A stretch of 64,000 nucleotides of DNA from a bacterium (GTDB lineage: Bacteria; Auribacterota; Erginobacteria; Erginobacterales; DAOSXE01). Location: the NCBI GenBank assembly GCA_035380285.1, contig DAOSXE010000008.1:17217-81216 (forward strand), in the 5' to 3' direction. Below, one piece after another: positions 5,836-15,289 of the stretch. How positions within the stretch are numbered: position 1 is the first letter of the stretch; each line of letters starts with the position of its first letter. The position numbers and the translations under genes were made by a program. The notes below the pieces were generated by a model that was given only the letters and a program-made list of their open reading frames with translations, had not been told where the DNA came from and did not search any database.

Positions 5836-8460
5836 ATGAGGGAAAAAAAGAAGGTCGTCGCCGGGGTTTTGTTCCTGATCTTTCTGGCCGGGCTTCTGGT
5901 CAGGATCGCCGGCATCGGCTACGACGGTCTGATTCCGCTCAACCACGACGAACAGATTCATCTTAAAACCGCCCGCGCCTTCTCCGCCGGGGAACTCAAC
6001 CCCCGCGCCATCTGGGAGGGGGAAATTTTCCGTTACGCCTACTATCCCTGGCTGAGCGCCTACATTTTCGCCGGGATTCTGGCGGCCGTCCAGGCGGCCT
6101 GCGGGGGGGCCGTTTCCCTGGCCGGCGCCGCCGCCGAACTGATGGGCATCAGGGGAGCGAACGGCGCCCTGGTGACGGTGTCCTCGAAATGCCTGTTGGA
6201 TCCGGCCACGGCTCTCGCCGTCGGCCGCGTCGCCGTCGCCCTCTTCGGGGCCCTGACCGTTCTCGTGCTCTACCGCGCCGGCCGCGACTTGATGGGAAGG
6301 TGGGGGGCGGCCCTCGCCGCCGCATTTCTGGCGTTCAACGGCTATCATATCGCCAACTGCCATTGGATGAAGAACGACGTCATCGCGGCATTCTTCCTGA
6401 CGGTCGCCTTTTTCTTCTGCGTTCGGATATGGCTGAAGGGGCGCTGGTCGGACTATCTGCTGGGCGCCGTCTTCTCCGTCCTGGCCTTCAACGTGAAATG
6501 GTACAACGCTCCGGTCTTCGGCCTGTTCGCGGTCGCCCACCTGCTCCGGGCGGCGGTCCCGGACCGGCGCCCGGCCTGGAAGCGTCTTTTCCCGGGGCGC
6601 CTGTTCGCCGCCGCGCTGCTGGGCGCGGCGGTGTTCGTCGTCACCTGGCCGCTGCTTCTCTTCGACCCCGGTTTCGTGTTCGACAATGTCGCCCGGGTTT
6701 CCCGGGACACCTCGAGCCGGGGCATGTTCGGCAACGTGGGGACGTACGCCCAGCTCGGTTTCTGGGAGATCAGGTTCCACAACCTGGTCAATTTCGTGCT
6801 TTTCTCCTCGGGAATGGTTTCGGGAATGGGGTGGCCGGTCCTGCTGCTGGGCGCGGCCGGCCTGTTCGCCGGCCTGTTTTCGGGGCGCCGCGGCCTGCTC
6901 TTGGCCGCGTTCCCGGTCCTGTACCTGGTTTCGGCGATTCTCGTGGCCTCCCCGGGGATCCGCTATCAGGACACCATCCCCCTGTATCCGTTCTTCAGTT
7001 TGGGCGCGGCCTGGCTCGTGGTCAGAACGGCCGCCCTGGCCGGCCGCCGCCGCTCCTGGTTGATCGGGGGGGCGATCGCCGCGGCGATCCTGGTGCCCTA
7101 TCTCCGCAGCGCGCTCCGGCTCGATTACGGCTATTGGCAGAACTCGGTCAAGTACTACGCCGGGCGCTGGGCCCAACGCAACATCCCTCCGGGCAGCCTG
7201 ATCGTCAAGGAATCCAAGACCATTCCCCTGGCGCCGGGGCGTTACCGGGAACAGAAGGTGCGGGCGTTTTGGGGAGTCCCCCTGGAGAAGCTGGTCAAGG
7301 GGGGAGCCGATTATATCATCACCTCCGGGCGGCAGGAGCACCGGGCCCTGGAACGGTTCGGCCTCTTCGGCCCCGACCACCCCTTTTCCCGGTTCTACCT
7401 GGAACTGCCGACCAAGTTCGAGTTGATCAAGGAATTCGATCTCGGAGAGGTTCCCTACCGGGGAGGGACGACCAAGGTCTGGTCCCGGCGCCGGGAAGCC
7501 CACCTGGCGGTTTCCGGAATCGACTCCGGGTTTCTCCGCGTCTTCCAGGGGGAACATGCCACGGTTTCTCCCGATGTTCTCTTTCTCGACGACCAGGGGC
7601 GGTGCCAGGGCAACACCGCTTTCATGGTCCCGCCGGAGAGTTCCGTTTCCCGCCTCATGGTGACCTCCACGCCGCTGGAAGTGTTCGGGGTGAAGATCGT
7701 CAACGGTCCGCGGCCCGGCTTCGTCAAGATCGTCTCCGGCCCGACCGTCTGGCGCGAGAGGCTGGAGGCGGGGGAAAGCCGTCTTCTCAGCGTTCCCGCG
7801 AGCCGCTGTTTTCCCTGGATCCGGAACTCGTACCGGGTGGAGGTGATCTCTCCCTGGAACTCTCCGGTGCTGGCGGCGGTTCTGCCCGACCCCTTGAGGC
7901 TGGGCCGGGAGTTGGAAAAGATCGGCGACCCGGCGGCCCGTCACTATCTGGGCCGTTCCGCCGGTCTCTACCCGAACGACTGGTATGCGCTGCTGCTCTG
8001 GGGCGAACCGATCCCCCCGGAACAGCGGAAGGCGCTGGAACGGCTCCGGGCGGCCGCCCCGGCCGATTGGGACGGTCTTTTCCGGGAGTTGACCGGGTAC
8101 GAGGTGGCGTGGCTGGAAGCCCGGGCCGGCCGGACCTGGAAGGCTCGGCCCGGGAGCGAACTCCGCACCGGAACGTTCCATCTCCCGCCGGGCGAATACT
8201 CCGTCTCCGTCGCGGGGGGGACGGACGGCCGCCTGATCTTTTCCCGTGATGGAAGCGAGGAAGCCCCCTGGGCGCTCTCCGGAAGCGTTCCTTTCCGATT
8301 CCGGGTGGGGAGTTTCGCGGAGTCTTTGGGTTTGACGGTTACGGGTCCGGCGGAGTCGATGACGGTTTCTCCGTCGTTGCGGGCCTGGATGAAGGAGGAG
8401 ATGGGATGGACCGAGGATCGAACCGTCCCCGAACAAGCGCATGAACCCGCCGATGAATAG
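5836..8460 (+). CDS. GT-C fold membrane glycosyltransferase, ArnT/PMT (GT39/GT83)-like, with large C-terminal non-membrane domain
   Basis: Start ATG 5836 (MREKKKVVAGVLFLIFL), gaggt 10 nt upstream. About 11 predicted TM helices in the first about 450 aa with loop motifs typical of polyprenyl-P-sugar dependent transferases, then about 400 aa soluble region. The antisense 926-aa ORF (5719-8499) is R/G/P-rich with no structure and is rejected. Confidence 0.65.
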   Translation: MREKKKVVAGVLFLIFLAGLLVRIAGIGYDGLIPLNHDEQIHLKTARAFSAGELNPRAIWEGEIFRYAYYPWLSAYIFAGILAAVQAACGGAVSLAGAAAELMGIRGANGALVTVSSKCLLDPATALAVGRVAVALFGALTVLVLYRAGRDLMGRWGAALAAAFLAFNGYHIANCHWMKNDVIAAFFLTVAFFFCVRIWLKGRWSDYLLGAVFSVLAFNVKWYNAPVFGLFAVAHLLRAAVPDRRPAWKRLFPGRLFAAALLGAAVFVVTWPLLLFDPGFVFDNVARVSRDTSSRGMFGNVGTYAQLGFWEIRFHNLVNFVLFSSGMVSGMGWPVLLLGAAGLFAGLFSGRRGLLLAAFPVLYLVSAILVASPGIRYQDTIPLYPFFSLGAAWLVVRTAALAGRRRSWLIGGAIAAAILVPYLRSALRLDYGYWQNSVKYYAGRWAQRNIPPGSLIVKESKTIPLAPGRYREQKVRAFWGVPLEKLVKGGADYIITSGRQEHRALERFGLFGPDHPFSRFYLELPTKFELIKEFDLGEVPYRGGTTKVWSRRREAHLAVSGIDSGFLRVFQGEHATVSPDVLFLDDQGRCQGNTAFMVPPESSVSRLMVTSTPLEVFGVKIVNGPRPGFVKIVSGPTVWRERLEAGESRLLSVPASRCFPWIRNSYRVEVISPWNSPVLAAVLPDPLRLGRELEKIGDPAARHYLGRSAGLYPNDWYALLLWGEPIPPEQRKALERLRAAAPADWDGLFRELTGYEVAWLEARAGRTWKARPGSELRTGTFHLPPGEYSVSVAGGTDGRLIFSRDGSEEAPWALSGSVPFRFRVGSFAESLGLTVTGPAESMTVSPSLRAWMKEEMGWTEDRTVPEQAHEPADE

Positions 8461-9430
8461 TTCCGCCCGCCGTCCGCGGGTCACGGTCGTTACGCCCATC
8501 TACAACAACGCCCGGATGATCTCCGACTGCCTGGAAAGCCTGCTCCCGCAGGATTATCCCGATTACGAGGTCATCGTCGTCGACGACGGCAGCACCGACG
8601 GAACGGCGGAAGAGGTCAGGAAACATCCGGTCCGGCTTATCGTCAACCGGCACCTGGGCATCTCCGCCGCCCGCAACGCCGCCATCCGGGCCGCCGAGGG
8701 GGAGATCATAGTTCTGGTCGATTCCGACCTCAAGGTGCCCAAGGACCTTCTTTCCCGGTTGGTAGAACCGCTGACGGCCGACCCCCGCCGCGGGGTGGTG
8801 ATGGCGTGGTGGGACATCAGCAACCCCGATAACCTGGTGGCTTCCCTCATTTACCGCGGCTACGAATATTTCACCCGCGGTCTCGACGAACCCAATTTTT
8901 TCTGGGGGTACTGCTTCGCCATCAAGAAAGAGGTGCTCGATCGGGCGGGTTTCTTCGATGAAAATCTTCCCCTGGTGGAAGACGTCGACTACGCCTACCG
9001 GGTCGTGGCGCTGGGGTACACGATCAAGATCCTCCGGGAGGTCAAGGTTTGGCATTATTTCCGGGACAGCCTGGGCAAGCATCTCAGCCGCCACTTCAAA
9101 ACCGCCCGGCACAAGTTTCTCTACGTGCGCCGCACCGGACGCTACACCGATCAGCGGGGGACCGGGGCCGAGTACGCCAAGATCGTCGTTCATTCCGCGC
9201 TCGTGCTTTCCCTGGCGACCCTCCCCTGGACCCCGTGGATTTTCTGCGTCTTGCTGGCCGCTGCCCTGGGCAGCCACCTGCGCATGACCGTCTGGAGCAT
9301 GAGCAAAGGGCTCAAGTTCGCCCTGATGCTGCCCTTCGAGTTCCTGACCAAGATGGCCTGGGTTTTCGGCATCGCCCAAGGAGGCTTCTGGTTGCTCCGG
9401 GGGCACAACCCCTCTCCCCGGGATCTGTAA
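8441..9430 (+). CDS. GT2 family glycosyltransferase
   Basis: RVTVVTPIYNNARMISDCLESLLPQDYPDYEVIVVDDGSTDGT...VLVDSDL (GT-A, DxD). Overlaps the preceding gene by 20 nt. Confidence 0.8.
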   Translation: MNPPMNSSARRPRVTVVTPIYNNARMISDCLESLLPQDYPDYEVIVVDDGSTDGTAEEVRKHPVRLIVNRHLGISAARNAAIRAAEGEIIVLVDSDLKVPKDLLSRLVEPLTADPRRGVVMAWWDISNPDNLVASLIYRGYEYFTRGLDEPNFFWGYCFAIKKEVLDRAGFFDENLPLVEDVDYAYRVVALGYTIKILREVKVWHYFRDSLGKHLSRHFKTARHKFLYVRRTGRYTDQRGTGAEYAKIVVHSALVLSLATLPWTPWIFCVLLAAALGSHLRMTVWSMSKGLKFALMLPFEFLTKMAWVFGIAQGGFWLLRGHNPSPRDL

Positions 9431-10092
9431 TGCTGTTGCCGAACATTCCGCCGGAGGTCTTCGCCCTCTATGCCGGGCTTTCCTGGTGGGAACGGGCCCA
9501 TATCTGGCTGCGGTGGAAGCTCTGCCCGTTCCGTGCCATCGCCGCGCAGGTCCCCGCGGCGGGATCGGTCGCCGATATCGGTTGCGGCCGGGGGATGTTG
9601 GCCAATTACCTGGCCCTGACTTCCCCGTCCCGTTCGGTGATCGGCCTCGACCGCCAGGCCCAGCGGATCCGGGCGGCCCTGACCACCGTCGGCTCCCGGA
9701 GCAATATCTCCTTCAGAAACCAGGACGTCCGGGAGATGAGGGACGAAGTCTTCGACACCGTCATTCTCAGCGACATGCTCCACCACCTCACCTATCCCGA
9801 CCAGGAGGCTTTTCTCGGGCATTGTTACCGTATGGTTCGTCCGGGGGGGCTCCTCCTGCTCGAGGACGTCGGGGAGGTCCCCCGGTGGAAGTTCGTCTCC
9901 CATTATCTGATCGACCGGACCCTCAATCTGGGGAGGGGACAGAATTTCCGTACCCGGGAGCAATGGCGCCGGTTGTTGCAGGGTCTGGGCTTCGCGGTGG
10001 AAACCGTCCCCGTGCACCGTCGGCTCCCGCTCCCCGATTACCTGTTCGTCTGCCGGAAACCTCCGGAGAGCGCCGATGTCCCTTCCGGCTAA
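9430..10092 (+). CDS. class I SAM-dependent methyltransferase
   Basis: ADIGCGRGMLANYLA (motif I GxGxG), ...DTVILSDMLHHL, MVRPGGLLLLED. The ATG overlaps the upstream stop (TAATG). The six-frame ORF from 9049 is an extension. Confidence 0.75.
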   Translation: MLLPNIPPEVFALYAGLSWWERAHIWLRWKLCPFRAIAAQVPAAGSVADIGCGRGMLANYLALTSPSRSVIGLDRQAQRIRAALTTVGSRSNISFRNQDVREMRDEVFDTVILSDMLHHLTYPDQEAFLGHCYRMVRPGGLLLLEDVGEVPRWKFVSHYLIDRTLNLGRGQNFRTREQWRRLLQGLGFAVETVPVHRRLPLPDYLFVCRKPPESADVPSG

Positions 10093-11206
10093 GATCGGGC
10101 TGGGGTTGCGCTTCCCGGAGACGCTCGGGGAACGGTTCCGGGCCCGGCGGGCGCCCCGCCGCCTTCCCCGCGACCCCGACGGGTCGCTGCGCCTGGAAGC
10201 CCCGCTTCCGGTCACCCTGAGCCTGAACGTGATCCACGCCTGCAACCTGCGCTGCCGCATGTGCGGACAATGGCGCCGCGAAGACGGATCGCGTCCGGAA
10301 CGGCTGGAGCCGGAGGCCCTGCGGCCGGTGATCGACGCCGTCGCCCCCGCCAAGCCCAAGATCTATATCTGGGGGGGGGAACCGCTGATCCATCCCCGGA
10401 TCGACGAGATCGTCGGCTACGTCAAGAGCCGCTCCCTCTACACCGTCGTCAACACCAACGGGGTGCTGCTCGAGCGGCACGCCGACCGGCTCGTCGAACT
10501 GGGGGTGGACGGCCTCGATATTTCGATCGACGGCCCCCGGGAGATCCACGACCGGGTGAGGGGGGTGCCGGGGACCTACGACCGGGTCATGAAAGGCGTG
10601 GAAGCGGTCGTCCGCCGCCGCCGCCGGAAACCGATGATCAAGGCCGTCTCCGTGATCACGGCCGATTCTCTTCCCTCCCTCGACCAAACCCTGAAAGAAA
10701 TCGCCCGCAGCGGTTTCGATGCCGCCATCTTCAATCTGGGTTGGTTCGCCACGGAGGAGGTCGGCCGGGCGACGGAACGGTATTTCTCCCGCCACCTGGG
10801 CTGCGAGGCCAGGTCGTGGAAAGATTTCGTCGGGGTGCTGGGGACGGTCGATCCGGCGGAAGTGGCGAAGTTCATGCGCCGGGCTTCCCGGATCGGTTTT
10901 CCGGTGTTCTTCATACCCGCCGTCCGGCCGGAGCAGGTGGAAGAATATTATTCGCGCCCGGCTTCGTTTCTGGGGCGTCGGACCTGCTATATGCCCTGGC
11001 TGAGCCCGGATATCCGGCCCGGCGGCGACGTCACGTTCTGCCCCGATTTTCCCGATTACACAATCGGCAATATCAATACCGATTCTTTTCCATTACTATG
11101 GAACGGAGAAAAAGCGATCCGTTTCCGGCGCGCCCTGCGGGATCATGGGCTGTTCCCGCTCTGTTCGCGCTGTTGCGGTCTGTACGCTTTCGGAGGCGGA
11201 GTTTGA
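10076..11206 (+). CDS. radical SAM enzyme with C-terminal SPASM/twitch-type Cys cluster
   Basis: CNLRCRMCGQW (Cx3Cx2C), GGEPLIHP, then C-terminal CYMPW...CPDFPDYTIGNI...CSRCCGLY. Overlaps the methyltransferase by 17 nt. Confidence 0.8.
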   Translation: MSLPAKIGLGLRFPETLGERFRARRAPRRLPRDPDGSLRLEAPLPVTLSLNVIHACNLRCRMCGQWRREDGSRPERLEPEALRPVIDAVAPAKPKIYIWGGEPLIHPRIDEIVGYVKSRSLYTVVNTNGVLLERHADRLVELGVDGLDISIDGPREIHDRVRGVPGTYDRVMKGVEAVVRRRRRKPMIKAVSVITADSLPSLDQTLKEIARSGFDAAIFNLGWFATEEVGRATERYFSRHLGCEARSWKDFVGVLGTVDPAEVAKFMRRASRIGFPVFFIPAVRPEQVEEYYSRPASFLGRRTCYMPWLSPDIRPGGDVTFCPDFPDYTIGNINTDSFPLLWNGEKAIRFRRALRDHGLFPLCSRCCGLYAFGGGV

Positions 11207-11220
11207 AGTTCGCGGAGCCG

Positions 11221-13590
11221 ATGGACGGCAGGGGAAGAAGTTTCGTGAAGAGCAGCTTCGCGCTGGCGGCCGCGGCCGTTCTGGGAGCCCTGGTCCCGGC
11301 GCTCCCCGCGGCCGAATGCGTGCCCGCCCCCGAAATCACGCGCCAGCTTCCCCGGGCGGCTTCGGGTTGGTCGGGGAGCGTCTGCTGGCTGGACGGCGTG
11401 ATTTATGAAGTCACCGACGCCTATAACTACGCCATCGTCCGCGATGCCGTGACCGGCGCCCAGACCGGGATCAAGAATTTCGACGTCCCTTCCGATATTC
11501 AGGGCATCTCCTACGATCCCTGGAACGGGACCTGGTGGCTGAAGCTCCAGGGTGCGAAGGAGGCCTGGGAGTACAGCCAGAGCGGCGCCGGCCCCCTCCG
11601 CCAGGTATCCACCTACGGCTATGCCTTCGGGATTTACGTCGACCCGCTGGAAGAAGACGTGATCTGGATCGGGGGGACCGAGGACGCTTCGGTCAAGAAG
11701 GTCTCCCTGAGCAGCGGGGCGCTGCTGCGCACGATCCATACCTCGTTTCAGGTTCGGGGAGTGCTCCGGCTCGGCGATTATATCTGGTGCTCCCGTTCCG
11801 GCGAGGTCGGCGACGCCGGGATCCTGATCAAGATCGATATGGACGGAAACGAAATCTGCCGTTACTACATGCCGGTCTCCACCTACGACCACGATACCGG
11901 GGGGCTCTCCATCGACGACGACGGGCAGCTCTGGGTCGAGGGGGGCAAGGACGCGCGCATTTACCGCCTCGATATCGGGTATGAGCCGCCCACGCCCACT
12001 CCTTCGCCGACTCCCCGGCCCAGCGCCACCCCGACGCCGACGTCTTCCCCCGGGGGCCTCGTTCTCGACTCCAGCGATTACGACGGCGACGGCACTTCCG
12101 AAGCCGGAGTTTTCCGTCCGGACGGGGGGCTCTGGTCGATCTCGGGAGTGACCAAGTTCCACTTCGGCCGTTCCGGCGATATTCCCGCCAGCGCCGACTA
12201 CGACGGGGACGGCACCACCGATCCCGCCGTTTTCCGTCCCGCCAGCCGGGCCTGGTTCGTCCGGGGCCTGACCCGGGGTTTTTTCGGCGGCGCGGGCGAT
12301 CGCCCCGTTCCCGGGGATTACGACGGGGACGGCACCTGCGAGATCGCCGTGTACCGCGCCGCCGGCGCTTTCTGGGCGGTGGCGGGCCTTACCCGGGTCT
12401 ACTACGGGAGCGCCGGTGAGAACCCGGTCCCCGGGTACTACGGTCCCGGGGCCGCCAAACGGTTCGCCGTGTACCGGCCCGGCGATGGGAGGTGGTCGGT
12501 GCGGGGTTGGACCCGGTGTTTTTTCGGGAGCGCCGGGGACGTGCCGGTTCCGGGTTTCGGTGCCGGCCGGGTCGGTTGGGCTCCCGCCGTATTTCGACCG
12601 GCGACGGGGCTGTGGTCGAGGCGGGACGGCCCGGCGCTGTATTTCGGAGAAGCGGGGGACAGCCCGGTGCCCGGAGACTACCTCGGCGACGGCTGCGCCC
12701 CGGCCGCCGTCTTCCGAGCCGCCCGCAGCCGGTGGCTCATCTTCGGAACGACCTCGTTTTTTTACGGCGAACCCGGAGATCTTCTTCTCCACGGCCGCGC
12801 CGCTCGGCCTTCCCCGACCCCCTCGGCTTCGCCCACGCCTCCCCCGGTTATGGCCTCGACCGACTTCGACGGCGACGGCACCGACGATTTCGCGGTCTTC
12901 CGGCCCGCACTGGGGTTATGGCTGGTTCGGGGGATTACGCAGACGGAGCTGGGTCTTCCCGGCGATATCCCGGTTGCCGGAGACTACGACGGGGACGGTT
13001 CCGCCGAGGCCGTCGTTTTCCGTCCGTCCACGGGCAGATGGATCTTCGCCGGCGGCGGGGAAATCGCCTTCGGGCGCCCGGGGGACATTCCGGTCCCCCG
13101 GGATTACGACGGCGACGGGATCTGCGATCCGGCCGTCTACCGGCGCGCCCAGGGTTTCTGGGCGGTCCGTGGCTATACCCGTCTCTGGTTCGGAGACGAA
13201 TCGGCGCTGCCGGTCCCGTCGGACTACAACGGGTGGGGAGGAAGCGACTTCGCGGTTTACCGCCCCGGGACAGGCCTCTGGACGGTGCGGGGTCTGACCC
13301 GGGTCTTTCTCGGGCAGCCGGGTGATATTCCAGTTCCCGCGGACTATTCGGGGTGGGGGTCTTCGGGCCCCGCGGTCTACCGCCCGGAGACCTCCCTCTG
13401 GATCGACGCCGGGGGGGACGAGTTGGAGTTCGGAGGATCCCGGGACGTCCCCGTCCCCGGTAATTTCATCGGCCTGAACTATTCCGCGGTGGCGGTGTTC
13501 CGGGCCGCCAGCGGGCTTTGGCTGGTTAAAGGCCACACCCGGGTTTATTTCGGGGTCGAGGGCGATATCCCTCTCTTCAGCCCCCGCTGA
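11221..13590 (+). CDS. secreted FG-GAP/VCBS-like repeat protein with N-terminal beta-propeller-like domain
   Basis: ATG 11221 with ggag RBS. Signal-like MDGRGRSFVKSSFALAAAAVLGALVPALPAAEC, propeller-like domain (GWSGSVCW...YDHDTGGLSIDDDGQLWVEGGKDARIYRL), PT linker PPTPTPSPTPRPSATPTPTSSP, and about 16 tandem 44-aa repeats. The antisense 549-aa ORF (11143-12792) is rejected. Confidence 0.85.
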   Translation: MDGRGRSFVKSSFALAAAAVLGALVPALPAAECVPAPEITRQLPRAASGWSGSVCWLDGVIYEVTDAYNYAIVRDAVTGAQTGIKNFDVPSDIQGISYDPWNGTWWLKLQGAKEAWEYSQSGAGPLRQVSTYGYAFGIYVDPLEEDVIWIGGTEDASVKKVSLSSGALLRTIHTSFQVRGVLRLGDYIWCSRSGEVGDAGILIKIDMDGNEICRYYMPVSTYDHDTGGLSIDDDGQLWVEGGKDARIYRLDIGYEPPTPTPSPTPRPSATPTPTSSPGGLVLDSSDYDGDGTSEAGVFRPDGGLWSISGVTKFHFGRSGDIPASADYDGDGTTDPAVFRPASRAWFVRGLTRGFFGGAGDRPVPGDYDGDGTCEIAVYRAAGAFWAVAGLTRVYYGSAGENPVPGYYGPGAAKRFAVYRPGDGRWSVRGWTRCFFGSAGDVPVPGFGAGRVGWAPAVFRPATGLWSRRDGPALYFGEAGDSPVPGDYLGDGCAPAAVFRAARSRWLIFGTTSFFYGEPGDLLLHGRAARPSPTPSASPTPPPVMASTDFDGDGTDDFAVFRPALGLWLVRGITQTELGLPGDIPVAGDYDGDGSAEAVVFRPSTGRWIFAGGGEIAFGRPGDIPVPRDYDGDGICDPAVYRRAQGFWAVRGYTRLWFGDESALPVPSDYNGWGGSDFAVYRPGTGLWTVRGLTRVFLGQPGDIPVPADYSGWGSSGPAVYRPETSLWIDAGGDELEFGGSRDVPVPGNFIGLNYSAVAVFRAASGLWLVKGHTRVYFGVEGDIPLFSPR

Positions 13591-13606
13591 ACCGGTGAGG
13601 ACTTTC

Positions 13607-15289
13607 ATGAACAGCCGTTCGGCCGCTTTCCTCCTGCTGGCGGCGCTGCTGGCGGCGGCCTTTCCCCGGCTGGTCTCCCTGGCCACCTTCGATTTCATAG
13701 ACTCCGGGGGCGGCAGCGATTCCGTAACCTACCTGGCCCTGGCGGACAACCTCTCCGCCGGGCGCGGGTACACGGAGTTCGGGCGGCCGCATACCGTCCA
13801 CCACCCCCTCTATCCGCTGGCCATCGCCGCCGCCCGCTACCTGGTCCCGGGCCCGGCGGCCGCGGCCAAAACCGTTTCCTGCCTCGCCGGCGTTCTGCTG
13901 ATAGTGCCCGTGTTTTTTCTGGCGGCGTCCATGTTCGGGCTCGGGGCCGGCCTCGTCGCCGGGCTTCTGGCCGCTCTCTGCCCCCTGCTGGTGTACGGAT
14001 CCGTGGAGACCTTTTCCGAATCGCTCTACACCCTGATGCTCTGGCTGGGGCTCTGGGGCGCCTGGGGCGCCTCTCGGGGGGAGCGTCGGTTCCTCGCCGC
14101 CGCCGGAGCCGGAGCCGGTTTCGCCCTGGCTTTTCTCACCCATCCCATGGGGGTCATCTTCGTGCCTTTCTTTGCCGGCTACGTTTTCGCCGCGGGCTGT
14201 CGGCGCCGCCGTCCCGGTACGGCGGCGCTTTCCGTCGTGCTGATGGTCCTGGTCTTCGCCGCCTGCGCCCTGCCGTTCTGGGCGCGCCTCCACCGGGTTA
14301 CCGGCGAATGGCAGTTGAGCGGCAGCAGCCATTACCGGGACTTCGGGCTGCGCTACGAGCAGGGCCGGGGGGTCCCGGAAAGCCGGGTCATCTTCGAGCA
14401 CATGGAACAGTTGTTCGGGCCCGGCTCACCCGAACCCGCCGGCGGCGGGGAGCGGGAGAGTCTGGGCATGGCGGAACTGATCGTCCGTTACCCCGGCCGG
14501 TTCCTGCGCATCGTGGGTTTCAACCTCGAGGACGGATACGCCGAAGCGCTGAAAACCGCCCGGTTCCTCGGGCTCCCCCCCTGGCTTTTCTTCGCGGCGC
14601 TGGGGGCCGGGGGGGTGCTGCCGTTGGCGATCCTGGGATACGCGCTGGTCCGGCGCCGGAGAAGGGGGGCGGTCTTCTTCCTCGCCCTGGTCTTTCTTCC
14701 CATGGCGGTATTTTTGGTCATGCAGGTGGAACACCGGTATTTCTATCCGTTCATCCCCGGCGCGCTCATTCTCCTCTCCTGGCCCCTGGCTTCCGCGTGG
14801 CCGGGCCGTTTCCGGCGTTGGGGAACGCCGGTTCTGGCCGGGTGTCTGCTGGTCTTTGCCGGGGGAAGCGGTTACGTGGTCTGGCGCAAGGCGGTCAAGA
14901 AGGGGATACCCTACGAATACCGTCTTCTCGGCGACTGGATGCGGCGCCACCTGCCGGACATGGGGGGGGAGAGGGTCATGATGTTCCGGCTGGGCGTCAG
15001 CTACTACGCCGGCTGCGAGTGGAACGTCTTTTACTGGGGCGATTATCCGGGGCTGGTTTCGTATCTGAGCGACCGGGGCATATGGTATCTGGTCATCGAC
15101 AGCTATAAGCTGCACATGATCCACCCCTCGCTGCGCTTTCTGCTGACGGGTCCCCCCCCTCCCGAGTTCGAAGTGGTCCACGAAACCGAATTCGACGGGC
15201 GCCGCGCCCGCCTGCTCCGCTTCAAGGGCCCGGTGCCGGAGCGGGAAGGAGGGGCGCCTGCGGCCGTTCCGGCTTCAGCTCCCGAATAA
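13607..15289 (+). CDS. polytopic membrane protein, GT-C-like (PMT_2/ArnT-like glycosyltransferase family 39-like)
   Basis: ATG 13607 with ggtgagg RBS (six-frame start GTG 13595). About 12 TM helices and a C-terminal soluble part. The 3' end overlaps the convergent gene by 68 nt. Confidence 0.55.
   Translation: MNSRSAAFLLLAALLAAAFPRLVSLATFDFIDSGGGSDSVTYLALADNLSAGRGYTEFGRPHTVHHPLYPLAIAAARYLVPGPAAAAKTVSCLAGVLLIVPVFFLAASMFGLGAGLVAGLLAALCPLLVYGSVETFSESLYTLMLWLGLWGAWGASRGERRFLAAAGAGAGFALAFLTHPMGVIFVPFFAGYVFAAGCRRRRPGTAALSVVLMVLVFAACALPFWARLHRVTGEWQLSGSSHYRDFGLRYEQGRGVPESRVIFEHMEQLFGPGSPEPAGGGERESLGMAELIVRYPGRFLRIVGFNLEDGYAEALKTARFLGLPPWLFFAALGAGGVLPLAILGYALVRRRRRGAVFFLALVFLPMAVFLVMQVEHRYFYPFIPGALILLSWPLASAWPGRFRRWGTPVLAGCLLVFAGGSGYVVWRKAVKKGIPYEYRLLGDWMRRHLPDMGGERVMMFRLGVSYYAGCEWNVFYWGDYPGLVSYLSDRGIWYLVIDSYKLHMIHPSLRFLLTGPPPPEFEVVHETEFDGRRARLLRFKGPVPEREGGAPAAVPASAPE

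Noticed and set aside
5719-8499. 926-aa minus-strand ORF overlapping the GT-C gene
   Set aside because: The plus-strand frame encodes a coherent polytopic membrane protein with a proper start and RBS. The minus frame is Arg/Gly/Pro-rich without hydrophobic periodicity or motifs.
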